Part shown: positions 42,527 through 52,818 of the stretch, in pieces | Layout of the letters: the number at the start of each line of letters is the position of its first letter | Position numbering within the stretch: position 1 is the first letter of the stretch | Position numbers and translations under genes: made by a program | Assembly: GCA_963804645.1 (NCBI GenBank) | Contig: CAWDRG010000008.1 | Span: 32,001 to 96,000, forward strand | Origin: an uncultured Bacillota bacterium | Lineage (GTDB): Bacteria > Sysuimicrobiota > Sysuimicrobiia > Sysuimicrobiales > Segetimicrobiaceae | Direction of reading: 5' to 3' | DNA length: 64,000 nt | Notes under the pieces: model-generated | Told to the model about the DNA's origin: nothing | The model's input: only the letters and a program-made list of their open reading frames with translations | Databases searched by the model: none

Positions 42527-44743
42527 GACGGGCTCCCCACCTGTTCCGGCTCCCGGGGCGCCGGCGCCTCTTTGTACGTACAGGCCTTGTTGCCGCAGAC
42601 GACGGGCGGCGTCGTCCCGCGGCGCGCCCGCTTGGTCACAAGAATGTGGCCGCACTCGGGACAGGTCCGCCCGACCGGCCGGTCCCACGAGGTGAAGGTG
42701 CACGCCGGATAGTTCGCGCATCCATAGAAGATACGTCCCTTGCGCGTGCGGCGTTCCACCACCTCGCCCTGATCCAGCGGGCAGCGCACGCCGATCCCCA
42801 CGGGCCGGGTGTAGGAGCACTCCGGATAGCCCGAGCAGGCGATGAACTCGCCGTACCGGCCCCGGCGCTTCACGAGCGGCCGGGTGCACCGGGGGCACGG
42901 CTCGCCGATCTCTTCGGGCACCATCTCGACTTCCTCGATGTTCTGCTCGGCCTGGCGCAGCACGGCCTCAAAGGGACCGTAGAACTCCCGGATCAGCCGG
43001 ACCCAGTCCTCCGCGCCCTCTTCCACCCGATCCAGGTCTTCCTCCATATGGGCGGTGAACTCGACGTCGAGCACCCGCGGAAAATGCTCCACCAGGAGCG
43101 CGTTCGACCAGCACCCCGAGGTCCGTCGGATACAGGCGGCGGTCCTCCAGCTCGACATAGCCGCGGTGCTTGATCGTTTCGATGATCGGCGCGTACGTGC
43201 TCGGCCGGCCGATCCCGCGGTCCTCGAGCGCCCGCACCAGCGTCGCCTCCGTGTAGCGCGGAGGCGGCTGGGTAAAGTGCTGGGCCGGATCGAGGCCGAG
43301 CAGGCGCAGCCGTTCTCCGTCGTGCAGATCCGGCAGCCATCCCTCGGGCGTCTCCTCGTCGCCGTTGTCGCGGCCCTCGAGGTAGACGCGGAGAAACCCC
43401 TGGAACTTGACCCGCGACCCGGTCGCCCGGAACAGATACGGACCCGCCGCAATGTCGACCGCCAGCGTATCCATGACCGCCGACGCCATCTGGCTCGCGA
43501 CGAAGCGCTCCCAGATCAGCTTGTACACCTTGTACTGATCGGCCTTCAAGAACGACTTGACCGACTCCGGCGTGCGCGTGACGGAGGTGGGGCGGATCGC
43601 CTCGTGCGCCCCCTGCGACCCGCGCCGGGACGTGTACTGTCGGGGCTGGTCCGGCACGTAGGCGTCGCCGTAGGTCGTCCCGATGAACACCTTGGCCTGC
43701 TGGCGGGCTTCGTCGGCCACGTGCACCGCGTCGGTGCGCATGTACGTGATCAACCCAACCGTCCCCTCGGGGCCGACGTCGAGCCCTTCGTAGAGCTGCT
43801 GGGCGACGACCATCGTCCGCGCGGCCGAATAGCCGATTTTCCGGTTCGCGTCCTGCTGCAGGGTGCTGGTCGTGAACGGCGCGGCGGGATGCCGCTGCTG
43901 GTCGCGCCGCCGCACCTCGGTGACCGAGTACGGCACGCCGGACAGTTCCGCGAGGATCGCCTTCGCCTCCGCCTCGTTGGCGATCGTGATCTTTTCCCCG
44001 CCCTTCGTCGCCAGCCGTGCGACGAAGGGGGTGTCCGCGCCTTCCGGTGTCAGCCGGGCCTCGATCGACCAGTATTCCTGCGGCACGAACGCCTCGATCT
44101 CGCGCTCGCGCTCGCAGATCAGGCGCACCGCGACGGACTGGACGCGGCCGGCGCTCAAGCCGCCGCGCACCTTCCGCCACAGCAGCGGGCTCAGCTTGTA
44201 GCCGACGAGCCGGTCGAGGATGCGCCGGGCCTGCTGGGCGTTCACCAAGCTCGTATCGATGTCGCGCGGAGCCAGCAGCGCCCGCTTCACCGCGTCCTTG
44301 GTGACCTCATGAAATTCGATGCGCTTGATCTTGGGATTGACCTGGCCGAGGATCATCGCGAGGTGCCAGGAGATCGCCTCGCCCTCCCGGTCCGGATCGG
44401 TCGCGAGGTACACGGCCGAGGCCTTCTTGGCGGCCGCCTTGAGCTCCTTGATCACGGGCCCTTTGCCCTTCGGCACCACGTACTTGGGGGTGAACTCGTG
44501 CTCGACGTCGACGCCGAGCTGACTGCGCGGGAGATCCTTGACGTGCCCCATTGACGCCACGACGTCGTAGCGCCGGTCCAGGAGCTTCTTGAGCGTCCGC
44601 GCCTTCGTCGGCGACTCCACGACCACGAGGGACTTTCCTTTGGGAGTCCGTGCCTTGGTCGGCGGCTCCGCCACCCCGGGCGCCTTTGCCTTGGGGGTGC
44701 GCGGCTTCGCCGGCGCCTCTGCGATCACAAGTGATTTCGCCAC
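42523..44743 (-). CDS. topA: DNA topoisomerase I with three zinc ribbons; +1 frameshift at ~43105
   Basis: [46 protein letters not shown], then [10 protein letters not shown] and CxxC ribbons in a second frame. Confidence 0.96.
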
Positions 44744-44925
44744 TTCCCGCCTCCTGCGTCTGCTGGTACCACGTTGGCCGGGCCCGCGCGGGGTCCGCCC
44801 GGCTCGGCGCGGGACGACTCAGACTCTCGACACACCGTCGCCCGCGGCCAGCCACGAGAACGCAACGACGACCGAATCTATTCCAGCGCACGCTTCCGCT
44901 CGACTGAGCCCGAGCGATCATGGAT

Positions 44926-44954
44926 TCTATACCCCAAATGCCCTGGCTTGTCAA
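44926..44954 (-). promoter_or_regulatory. Sigma70-type promoter of topA-hslVU
   Basis: TTGACA-N17-TATAGA(AT). Confidence 0.55.
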
Positions 44955-45096
44955 ATCACGGAGGTGCGCGGACCATCGCACGGCGTTAACAATTCGCGCG
45001 GCGCGCGCGACCATGATGCGCGGGCGAGGCGTATGCGGTGGCCCACTGAGAAGCGCCCGCGCGCGGGCCCGGGACTCGCGGGGCGAGCCGCTCTAC

Positions 45097-46041
45097 TTAC
45101 GCGCGGTGCGCTCGCGCGGCTTCGGCGACGACGGGATTCTCGAGGCGCCCGAGCCCCTCGACCTCGGAGACCATGGTGTCGCCGGCCTTGAGGAAGAGCG
45201 GCGGCTTGCGCGCGAACCCGACCCCCGCGGGGGTCCCGGTCGCGATCAGATCGCCCGGCTCGAGCGTCAGGATCTCGGAGATCGCCGCGATCACCTTGGC
45301 AATCCCGAAGATGAAGTTGCGCGTGTTGCCGTCCTGCAGCAGACGGCCGTTCACCGTCGTCGTCAGCCGCAGCGCCTCCGGATCCGGAACCTCGTCGGCG
45401 GTGACCAGCGCCGGCCCGACCGGCGTCGAGCGGTCAAATACCTTGCCGATCAGCCACTGGCCCGTGCGGAACTGATAGTCGCGCACGCTGACGTCGTTCA
45501 GGATCGTGTACCCCGCGACGTGCGCGTGCGCGTCGGCCTCGCGGATGTAGCGGCCTGGACGCCCGATCACGACCGCGAGCTCCACCTCGTAGTCGAGCTG
45601 CGGGCTCACGCGCGGCGCCACGATCGGCTGCCCCGCCCCGATCAAGCTCGACGTGAACTTGGAGAAAAACACCGGGTACTCCGGGATCTTCATCCCGCTT
45701 TCCTCCGCGTGATCCCGGTAGTTGAGCCCGACGCAGATCACCTTCGGGGGCCGCGGGACGACCGGCAGCAGCGGGAGACCGGCCCGCGCCGTGCGCAGGC
45801 CGCGCACCGCCGCCCCGCGCGCAAACGCCACGGCGTCCTCGGCGCGCCGGCGCGCGTCGGGGCCCTCCGCCAGAAACGCGGTCGCATCCGGCGGCACCTC
45901 CAGCCGCGCCCGCACGCGGGCCCGGGGCACTCCCCGTGACGCGAGCAGCGCCGCGTAGGCGGCGTTGAGATCCACCACGAACTCTCCGTCGAGCTGACCG
46001 AGCCGCGCCCCATGCCCCGCATCGAACGTCACCAGCCGCAT
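45097..46041 (-). CDS. Fumarylacetoacetate hydrolase family protein
   Basis: ICVGLNYRDH, LDYEVEL, NDVSVRD, GKVFD, PGDLIATGTPAGVG. Confidence 0.93.
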   Translation of the reverse strand: MRLVTFDAGHGARLGQLDGEFVVDLNAAYAALLASRGVPRARVRARLEVPPDATAFLAEGPDARRRAEDAVAFARGAAVRGLRTARAGLPLLPVVPRPPKVICVGLNYRDHAEESGMKIPEYPVFFSKFTSSLIGAGQPIVAPRVSPQLDYEVELAVVIGRPGRYIREADAHAHVAGYTILNDVSVRDYQFRTGQWLIGKVFDRSTPVGPALVTADEVPDPEALRLTTTVNGRLLQDGNTRNFIFGIAKVIAAISEILTLEPGDLIATGTPAGVGFARKPPLFLKAGDTMVSEVEGLGRLENPVVAEAARAHRA

Positions 46042-46123
46042 CGATCATCCTCCTCCCGCGCGGGAGCCCGCCGTCGACGGCGGCTCCGGCGCCATCTCCC
46101 CCGAGTTTACTCGTCCGACGCCG

Positions 46124-47008
46124 CTAGCGCCGACGCCGCGGGTCGAGCGCATCGCGCAACCAGTCCCCGGTCAGGTTCACGCCGAGCACGGTGAACGCGA
46201 GCGCCGCGCCGGGAAACGTGGTCAGCCACCACGCCATGGTCACGTAGTCGCGCTGCTCCCCGACCATGCTGCCCCAGCTCGGCGTCGGTAGTTGCACGCC
46301 GAATCCCAGGAAGCTGATCGTCGCTTCGGCGACCATCACCTGGGAGATCTGCGAGACGCTCGTGACCACGATCGACCCCGCGACGTTGGGCAGCACATGG
46401 CGCCAGATCACCTGGCGGCTCCGGGCGCCCGTCGCCACGGCCGCCTGGACGTACTCGCGCCGCACCAGCGTCAGGATCTCGCCACGGACGACGCGCGCGT
46501 ACATCGGCCAGCCCGCGAGCACCAGGCTCACGATCACGTTGCGGAGTCCGCTCCCGATCACGGCGTTGAGGGTCAGCGCGAGCAGCAGAAACGGGAAACT
46601 CAGCTGGACATCGGCGAGGCGCATCACCACCGCGTCGATCCAGCCGCCGAAGTAGCCGGACGCGAGTCCCAGCGCGCAGCCGATCGCGCCCGCGGCCAGC
46701 ACCGCGACCACGCCGACGAACAGCGACACGCGGGCCGCGTAGACGATGCGCGACAGCTGGTCCCGGCCGAGCTGGTCCGTCCCGAACGGATGCGCGGCGC
46801 TCGGCGGCTGGACGGCCACGGGAAAGTCCGGCAGTCCCGGCGCGTAGGGCGCGATGATCTGCGGCAGCGACGCGCAGAGCACCACGGCGACGACGATCGC
46901 CACGCCGAAGAGACCGCTCCGGCTTCGCGGCAGCGTGGCGAGTCCGCGCGCGACCGGCGGCGCCGCCGCCGTGCCGCGGAGCGCCGCGGCGCCGACGTGC
47001 TCAGCCAT
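46124..47008 (-). CDS. Peptide/nickel ABC permease (DppC-like)
   Basis: HPFGTDQLGRD, EYVQAAVATGA, HVLPN, LSF/PSWG, NLTGDWLRDALDP. Confidence 0.92.
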   Translation of the reverse strand: MAEHVGAAALRGTAAAPPVARGLATLPRSRSGLFGVAIVVAVVLCASLPQIIAPYAPGLPDFPVAVQPPSAAHPFGTDQLGRDQLSRIVYAARVSLFVGVVAVLAAGAIGCALGLASGYFGGWIDAVVMRLADVQLSFPFLLLALTLNAVIGSGLRNVIVSLVLAGWPMYARVVRGEILTLVRREYVQAAVATGARSRQVIWRHVLPNVAGSIVVTSVSQISQVMVAEATISFLGFGVQLPTPSWGSMVGEQRDYVTMAWWLTTFPGAALAFTVLGVNLTGDWLRDALDPRRRR

Positions 47009-47918
47009 AGCGGACCTGGGGGTTGAGCCACGCGTAGGCGGCGTCCACCAGGAAGTTCACGACCACGTAGGTTGTGGCCATGAGGAAGACGCCCACGATC
47101 ACCACCGGCAGGTCCCGCCCCCGCAGCGCGAGGACGATGAACTGGCCGACGCCGGGCCACGAGAAGATCGTCTCGGTGACAACCGCGCCGCCGAGCAGCT
47201 GCCCCGCGCTGAGCCCAAAGACGGTCACGATCGGAATCGCCGCGTTCCGCAGCACGTGGTGGCGCAGCAGGACCGCCTCCCCGACGCCCTTCGCGCGCGC
47301 CGCCCGCACGTAATCCTGCCCCAGCGCCTCCAGCACCGACGAGCGGGTGATCCGCGCCATCTGCGCCCCGTAGAACGCGGTCAGCGTGAGCATCGGCAGA
47401 ATCAGCTCGGCCCCGTGCCCGTACCCGCTCGCCGGGACCCAGTGCAGCCAGACGGCGAAGATCTCGATGAGCATCAGCCCGAGCCAAAACGCGGGGGTGG
47501 CTTCGCCCAGCACCGTGAGCACGGTCGCGGCGGTGTCGATCGGGGATCCGCGCCGGGCGGCGGAGAGGATCCCGAGCGGCATCCAGAGGCCCGCGACCAG
47601 CAGCAGCGACGCCGCCGCGAGCTCCGCGGTCGCGGGCACGTGTGCCAGCACGAGCGGCAGCGCCGGCGCGCGGTAGCGGAAGGACGACCCAAAATCCGCG
47701 CGCACCGCGCCGCCGAGGAACAGCGCGTACTGCTTCCACAGCGGACGGTCGAGTCCGAGTTGATGGCGCGCGAACCCGGCGTTGCCGAACTGGTTGCCGA
47801 GCGGCACGAACGGAAGCACGGGATCGCCGTTGATGCGCACCAGGAAGAACGCGGCCGTCAGCGCGAGAAAGATCGCCGCCAGCGCCTGGTACGCCCGACC
47901 GACGAGGTACCGCGACAT
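47001..47918 (-). CDS. Peptide/nickel ABC permease (DppB-like)
   Basis: LGLDRPLWKQY, DYVRAARAKG, HVLRNA, TETIFSWPGVG. Confidence 0.92.
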   Translation of the reverse strand: MSRYLVGRAYQALAAIFLALTAAFFLVRINGDPVLPFVPLGNQFGNAGFARHQLGLDRPLWKQYALFLGGAVRADFGSSFRYRAPALPLVLAHVPATAELAAASLLLVAGLWMPLGILSAARRGSPIDTAATVLTVLGEATPAFWLGLMLIEIFAVWLHWVPASGYGHGAELILPMLTLTAFYGAQMARITRSSVLEALGQDYVRAARAKGVGEAVLLRHHVLRNAAIPIVTVFGLSAGQLLGGAVVTETIFSWPGVGQFIVLALRGRDLPVVIVGVFLMATTYVVVNFLVDAAYAWLNPQVRYG

Positions 47919-47946
47919 CGATGGTCGAGTGCCCGGCGGCTCCGGG

Positions 47947-49146
47947 TCACGCCCCCCCGGACACCGTCTGGGATTCAAGATCCCGCGGGAACTTGGTCGT
48001 AATCTCCGGCCGGCCGCGCTTCACGATGACGGTGTCGTCGTGCCGAAACCCGCCCACGCCGTAGAGATAGATCCCAGGCTCGCAACTGAACACCTCGTTC
48101 TCGACGAGCGGGCGGACGTTGAACGCGATGTCGTCGGGGTACTCGTGCCCCGCGAGCCCGATGCCGTGGCCGGTCCGGTGCACGATCCGGTCACCGTAGC
48201 CGTGCCGCTCGAAGACCCGCTGCGCCGCCGCGTCGGCGTCCGCCATCGTCGCCCCGACGACAAACGCGGCCGATGCCGCTTCCTGGGCCTCGAACGCGGC
48301 CTGGAACGCGGCCGCCTGCTCCCGGCTCGGCGTACCGACGAAGAACGTCCGCTCGTTCTCGCACACGTACCCGTTGAGGCGCGGGATCACGATGTTGACG
48401 ATGCCGTGGCCGCGCTCGACCACCTGCCCGTAGTTGCCGCTGATCCCGTGCGGGCACGCCGAGTTGGGCCCGGTGAGCCCGGCCACCCGGATCTCGACCT
48501 TGTAGTCCGGCCACCGCCGGACGGCTTCCCGGGCCATCTCGTGGGCCACCAGCGTGTCGATTTCGGCGAGCGGGCGGCCGGGCGCCAGATGCTCGCGGTA
48601 CCGCGCCTGCCCCCAGTCGCTGAACTCGCCCCCCTGCCGGATCAGCTCCAGCTCCTCTTCATCCTTGACCTCGCGCATCGCGCGCAGGAACGCCGCCGCG
48701 GAGACGAGCTCCACACCCGGCAGGAGCGACGGCACGCCGCCGATCGGGCCGCCGGTCGCGTCGACGCCGAGCCGCCCGCGGCGGATCCCCTTGCGCCGCA
48801 GGAGGTCGGCCACCATCTGCGGCCACTGGGGCGTCAGATACGTCCGGTGCTGCAGGCGGGTGTGCTCCGCGTAAAAGTACACCTCCGGGATCCACATCGA
48901 CCGGTGTTCGGTGGCGTAGCGCACGTGATTGGTGGACAGTTCGTGCATCACCAGGAACGGCTCCGCGTCCCTCGGCACAATCGCGGCCACCGGGCGCTCC
49001 CACGGCTGCACGTCGAGAAAATACCCGGAGACATACAGGAAATTTTCGGGGGTCAGCACGACGAGCGCGGCGAGCTCCGCGTCCTCAAGCTCGCGGTGAA
49101 TGCGCGTCAGGCGATCCTGGTACACGCGCCGGCTGAGATACCCCAT
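47947..49146 (-). CDS. M24 (Xaa-Pro peptidase/creatinase) family hydrolase
   Basis: Creatinase_N-like start, REVKDEEE, HRTGHGIG, EPGIY. Confidence 0.88.
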   Translation of the reverse strand: MGYLSRRVYQDRLTRIHRELEDAELAALVVLTPENFLYVSGYFLDVQPWERPVAAIVPRDAEPFLVMHELSTNHVRYATEHRSMWIPEVYFYAEHTRLQHRTYLTPQWPQMVADLLRRKGIRRGRLGVDATGGPIGGVPSLLPGVELVSAAAFLRAMREVKDEEELELIRQGGEFSDWGQARYREHLAPGRPLAEIDTLVAHEMAREAVRRWPDYKVEIRVAGLTGPNSACPHGISGNYGQVVERGHGIVNIVIPRLNGYVCENERTFFVGTPSREQAAAFQAAFEAQEAASAAFVVGATMADADAAAQRVFERHGYGDRIVHRTGHGIGLAGHEYPDDIAFNVRPLVENEVFSCEPGIYLYGVGGFRHDDTVIVKRGRPEITTKFPRDLESQTVSGGA

Positions 49147-49287
49147 CAGTCACCTCCGCATCGGCGCCGCCGGCCCGCGCTCGCACGTCGGGGACACCGC
49201 CGTCCAGAGGAGTTCCGCGCGCCCGCGGGCCGGTCCTCCGGCGCGCCCGCGGGAGGAGGTACCGGGGAGGCGACGAATGTGCTTAGC

Positions 49288-49806
49288 ATGAGCGCATCCA
49301 ATGAGTACGTGCAGCAGTTTGACTACCTATGCAAGGCGCGGGAAAAGCTGTTCGGCTGGGTCCGCAGCCAGCCCGCCGAGGTGTACGACCGGGCGTTCCC
49401 CTTCGGCATGGGGTCGATCCGCGCGACGCTGGTCCACACCGCGAGTGCGCAGTGGAGTTACACGCAGCGGCTCAGCGGCAAGGATCCCGCGCCCGCGGAC
49501 AATCCGTTTACGAAAGAGAAGCAGCCGGAGTTTGCGCCGTTCGCCGCGGCGTGGGACCGCCTGAACCCCGACACGCGCCGCGCGCTCGCGGGCCTCGGCG
49601 ACCCCGGCCGGACGCTGGAGTGGGTGGGGCGGATGATGACCCCGCCGGCCCGGATGCGGGCCACCGCGGGCGGCGTCGCCTCGCAGCTCCTCTTCCACGA
49701 GGTCCATCACCGCGCACAGGTGATGGCGATGCTGCGCCAGGTGGGCGTGGCGGCCGAGAATCTCGACTACTCCGTGCTCATGTTCGAGCGCTCGCCGCTG
49801 ACCTAA
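49288..49806 (+). CDS. DinB family protein
   Basis: GSIRATLVH and HEVHHRAQ His triad. Confidence 0.88.
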   Translation: MSASNEYVQQFDYLCKAREKLFGWVRSQPAEVYDRAFPFGMGSIRATLVHTASAQWSYTQRLSGKDPAPADNPFTKEKQPEFAPFAAAWDRLNPDTRRALAGLGDPGRTLEWVGRMMTPPARMRATAGGVASQLLFHEVHHRAQVMAMLRQVGVAAENLDYSVLMFERSPLT

Positions 49807-49936
49807 CGGCGAGGCGCCGTCCGATCCACCGGCCGCGGATTCCCGCTCGGGATCCGCGGCCGTGCGTTGTGCGTGACAGATCGCCCGCCCGCGGGGGGGA
49901 ACCACACAAGGGAGATGCGTCTTCGGGAGGCGCACC

Positions 49937-50287
49937 GTGGAAGCGGACAGCCACGCGAAGCAGGTCGTGGTGTCGTTCATCCAAGCGCTCAACGACGAGG
50001 CGTTTGAGACCGCGCGACAGTACCTCAGTGACGAGCGGTCGTTCGTCGGGGCGCTCGGCTCCAGGACCGGCGGCGACGTGTACATCCACGACATGCGGCG
50101 GATGCGGATCAAGTACGACGTCAGGAAGGTGTTCGTCGACGGCGCCGACGTGTGCCTCTTCTACGAGTGCACCCTGTCGGCGGTCACGGTCTTTGACTGC
50201 GGCTGGTATCACGTCGACGGAGGCCGCATCAGGACGATCAGAGTCGTGTTCGACCCGCGCCCCATTCTCGCAGCGACCAAACACTGA
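49937..50287 (+). CDS. SnoaL/NTF2-like protein
   Basis: VVSFIQALN..FVG..DGADVC..GGRIRTIRVVFDPR; GGAGG RBS. Confidence 0.8.
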   Translation: MEADSHAKQVVVSFIQALNDEAFETARQYLSDERSFVGALGSRTGGDVYIHDMRRMRIKYDVRKVFVDGADVCLFYECTLSAVTVFDCGWYHVDGGRIRTIRVVFDPRPILAATKH

Positions 50288-50309
50288 CGCGGCTGCGCCG
50301 GCCGCGGGT

Positions 50310-50522
50310 CTATCGGGTGAGCTGTTCGGCTTCCTGCTCCAGCCACTCCTCGACCGCGGCGCGCACGATCTCGTAGCTGACGCCCCGCCCCTGTCCGATG
50401 ATCGGGCCGGACGGCGACCGCCGCGCGATCCACAACCAGCCACCGCCCCGCACGCGGGCGTACGCGACGACCACCCGCACCGTCCCCTGCGGCGTCTCCC
50501 GTCTGATCAGCTCGTCGCGCAT
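50310..50522 (-). CDS. Hypothetical protein (70 aa)
   Basis: ATG start, GC3-rich codons, 10 nt downstream of neighbouring small ORF. Confidence 0.5.
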   Translation of the reverse strand: MRDELIRRETPQGTVRVVVAYARVRGGGWLWIARRSPSGPIIGQGRGVSYEIVRAAVEEWLEQEAEQLTR

Positions 50523-50532
50523 CGTTGTCCCG

Positions 50533-50754
50533 CTACGCCGAGCGCACGTGCGATCGCTGCACGGGGTGCGTGATCTCCACGTGCGCCCCGAGGCTGTACA
50601 GGTACTGCATCACCTCGCGCGTGAACGCGGGGCTGCCCGGGATGGGATCGATGCGGACGCGGCGCACGCGTCCGGACTCCACGTCTTCGATGGTGCGGAT
50701 GAGCGAGATGGCGCCGTTCGACAGAAGCAGAGCGAGGATCTGCTCGCGGCTCAT
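50533..50754 (-). CDS. Hypothetical protein (73 aa)
   Basis: GGAGGT RBS, ATG start, GC3-rich codons. Confidence 0.6.
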   Translation of the reverse strand: MSREQILALLLSNGAISLIRTIEDVESGRVRRVRIDPIPGSPAFTREVMQYLYSLGAHVEITHPVQRSHVRSA

Positions 50755-50883
50755 ACGACCTCCGTTGCTGCGTCGAGTGCTGTGATGAATGCTGCGATCG
50801 CTGCGTCAATGCCGGCGTGCTCCGTGCCGCTCGCCTTCTCTTCTGCCCCCGGGCGGAAACTCCTCCTTCGGGCGTCCGCCCCC

Positions 50884-51756
50884 TTATTCGCCCCGCAGGC
50901 GGGGGTCGAGGGTGTCTCGCAGGCTGTCGCCGACCACGTTGAGCGCCACCACCAGCGTCAGGATCGCGAGCCCCGGGAACGTCGCGATCCACCATTGGTC
51001 GAGGTAGTCCCGGCCGGCGGCGATCATCGAGCCCCACTCGGCAATCTGGGGCGGCGGGCCGAGCCCGAGGAAGCTGAGCGAGGCGAACGTGAGGATCGCC
51101 CGCCCGACGTCCAGCGTGCCGAGAATCACGATCGGCGAGATGATGTTGACCAGGATATGCCGCATGAACACCCGAACCGGCGAGGCGCCGAGCGCCCGCG
51201 CCGCTTCGACGTACTCGCGGTCGCGCGCGCTCAGCACGAGGCCGCGCGCGAACCGCGCGTACGTCGGCCACCACGCGACCATGATCGCGATCACCGCGTT
51301 GCGGATGCCGGCGCCGAGCGCGGCGGAGATGATCATGGCGAGGATCACCGTGGGGAACGCGAGCATCAGGTCGGTCAGGCGCATCAGCGTCTCGTCGACC
51401 GCCCGCCCGGTCACGCCGGCCACGCTCCCGATCATCGTGCCGAGCACAACGGCGAGGCCGACCGCGGCGAGCCCGACCGGGATCGAGATGCGTGCGCCGT
51501 AGACCACACGGTTCAGGATGTCCCGCCCGAGCGGATCGGTCCCGAACCAGTGCGCCGAACTCGGCGGCGCGAGCCGCCCCGCGATGTCCTGGGCCAGCGG
51601 CGACCCGACCAGCACCGGCGCGAGGAGCGCGATCGCGATCCACGCCGCGACGACCGCGCACGATGCGATCGCGAGCGGCGAGCGCACGAACGGCTTCGGT
51701 AGGGCCCGGAGCCAGCCGTGCCGGGGGGCGGGCAGCGCGGACGCGTCGGCGGCCAT
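50884..51756 (-). CDS. Peptide/nickel ABC permease (DppC-like)
   Basis: HWFGTDPLGRD, EYVEAARALGA, LSFLGLG, GDSLRDTLDP. Confidence 0.93.
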   Translation of the reverse strand: MAADASALPAPRHGWLRALPKPFVRSPLAIASCAVVAAWIAIALLAPVLVGSPLAQDIAGRLAPPSSAHWFGTDPLGRDILNRVVYGARISIPVGLAAVGLAVVLGTMIGSVAGVTGRAVDETLMRLTDLMLAFPTVILAMIISAALGAGIRNAVIAIMVAWWPTYARFARGLVLSARDREYVEAARALGASPVRVFMRHILVNIISPIVILGTLDVGRAILTFASLSFLGLGPPPQIAEWGSMIAAGRDYLDQWWIATFPGLAILTLVVALNVVGDSLRDTLDPRLRGE

Positions 51757-51759
51757 CGG

Positions 51760-52779
51760 TCAGCTCATCCGGACCCGCGGATCGGCGGCCGCGTACCCAA
51801 TATCGGACAGGAGGTTCATGAGAACGTAGACGACCGCGACGACGATCCCGACGCCCATGATCGCGGGGAAGTCGAGCGACGACGCGCTCTGGAACGCGTA
51901 CGAGCCGAGCCCGGGCCACGCAAACACGGTCTCGGTAACCACGGCCCCGGAGAGGAGCCCCCCGAAACTCAGCGCGATGACGGTGATCACCGGCAGCAGC
52001 GCGTTTCGGGCGACGTGCCGGAGCGTGACGCGGCGCGCCGGCAGTCCCTTGGAGCGGGCGGTCCGCACGTAATCTTCGCCGAGCACGTCCAGCATGCTGC
52101 CGCGCATCATGCGCGTGATCACGCCGATGCTGGCCGACGACAGCACGATCGCGGGCAGCGCCAGGTGGGTGAGCGCATCGAGCGCCACGGCGCGCTGCCC
52201 GGCGAGCAGCGCGTCCACGACGACAAACCCGGTCACGAACGGCGGCAGCGCCAGACGCGGGCTGATCTCGCCGGCCGACGGCGCCCACCCAAGACGCGCG
52301 TAAAAGATGAAGAGCGCCACGATCCCGAGCCAGAACACGGGGATCGACACGCCGATCAGGGACACGCCCCGGCCGAGCTGGTCCATCACGGTGTCCCGCC
52401 GCACGGCGGCCAGAATGCCCAGGGGGATCCCGATGATGAGGCTCAGGAACATCGCCGCGAGCGCGAGCTCGATCGTCGCCGGCGTGTGCTCCCGCAGATC
52501 GATCAGCACCGGCTGGTGGGTCGAGATCGAGATCCCCAGGTTGCCGCGGACGAGATTCCAGACGTAGATCAGATACTGCTCCGGCAGCGGACGATCAAGC
52601 CCCCACTGGTGCCGAAACGCCGCGACCACCGCCGGGTTCGCGGCCGCCTGGTCGCCGAGGTTGGCCGACACCGGATCCGCCGGGACCGCGTGCGACAGCA
52701 CGAACGTCAGCAGCGTGATGCCGACCACCATCAACGGCAGCATGCAGACGCGCCGGACAATGTACCCTTGGAGGTTCAC
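51760..52779 (-). CDS. Peptide/nickel ABC permease (DppB-like)
   Basis: GLDRPLPEQY, DYVRTARSKG, TETVFAWPGLG, DPRVR. Confidence 0.93.
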   Translation of the reverse strand: MNLQGYIVRRVCMLPLMVVGITLLTFVLSHAVPADPVSANLGDQAAANPAVVAAFRHQWGLDRPLPEQYLIYVWNLVRGNLGISISTHQPVLIDLREHTPATIELALAAMFLSLIIGIPLGILAAVRRDTVMDQLGRGVSLIGVSIPVFWLGIVALFIFYARLGWAPSAGEISPRLALPPFVTGFVVVDALLAGQRAVALDALTHLALPAIVLSSASIGVITRMMRGSMLDVLGEDYVRTARSKGLPARRVTLRHVARNALLPVITVIALSFGGLLSGAVVTETVFAWPGLGSYAFQSASSLDFPAIMGVGIVVAVVYVLMNLLSDIGYAAADPRVRMS

Positions 52780-52818
52780 GCCGTCCGGGCCTCCTGCCGC
52801 CCGCGGACCACCGGTGCC

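Noticed and set aside
44745..44920. Regulatory RNA in the ~180-nt topA leader
   Set aside because: Only short GC hairpins, expected by chance at this composition; no terminator or known motif.
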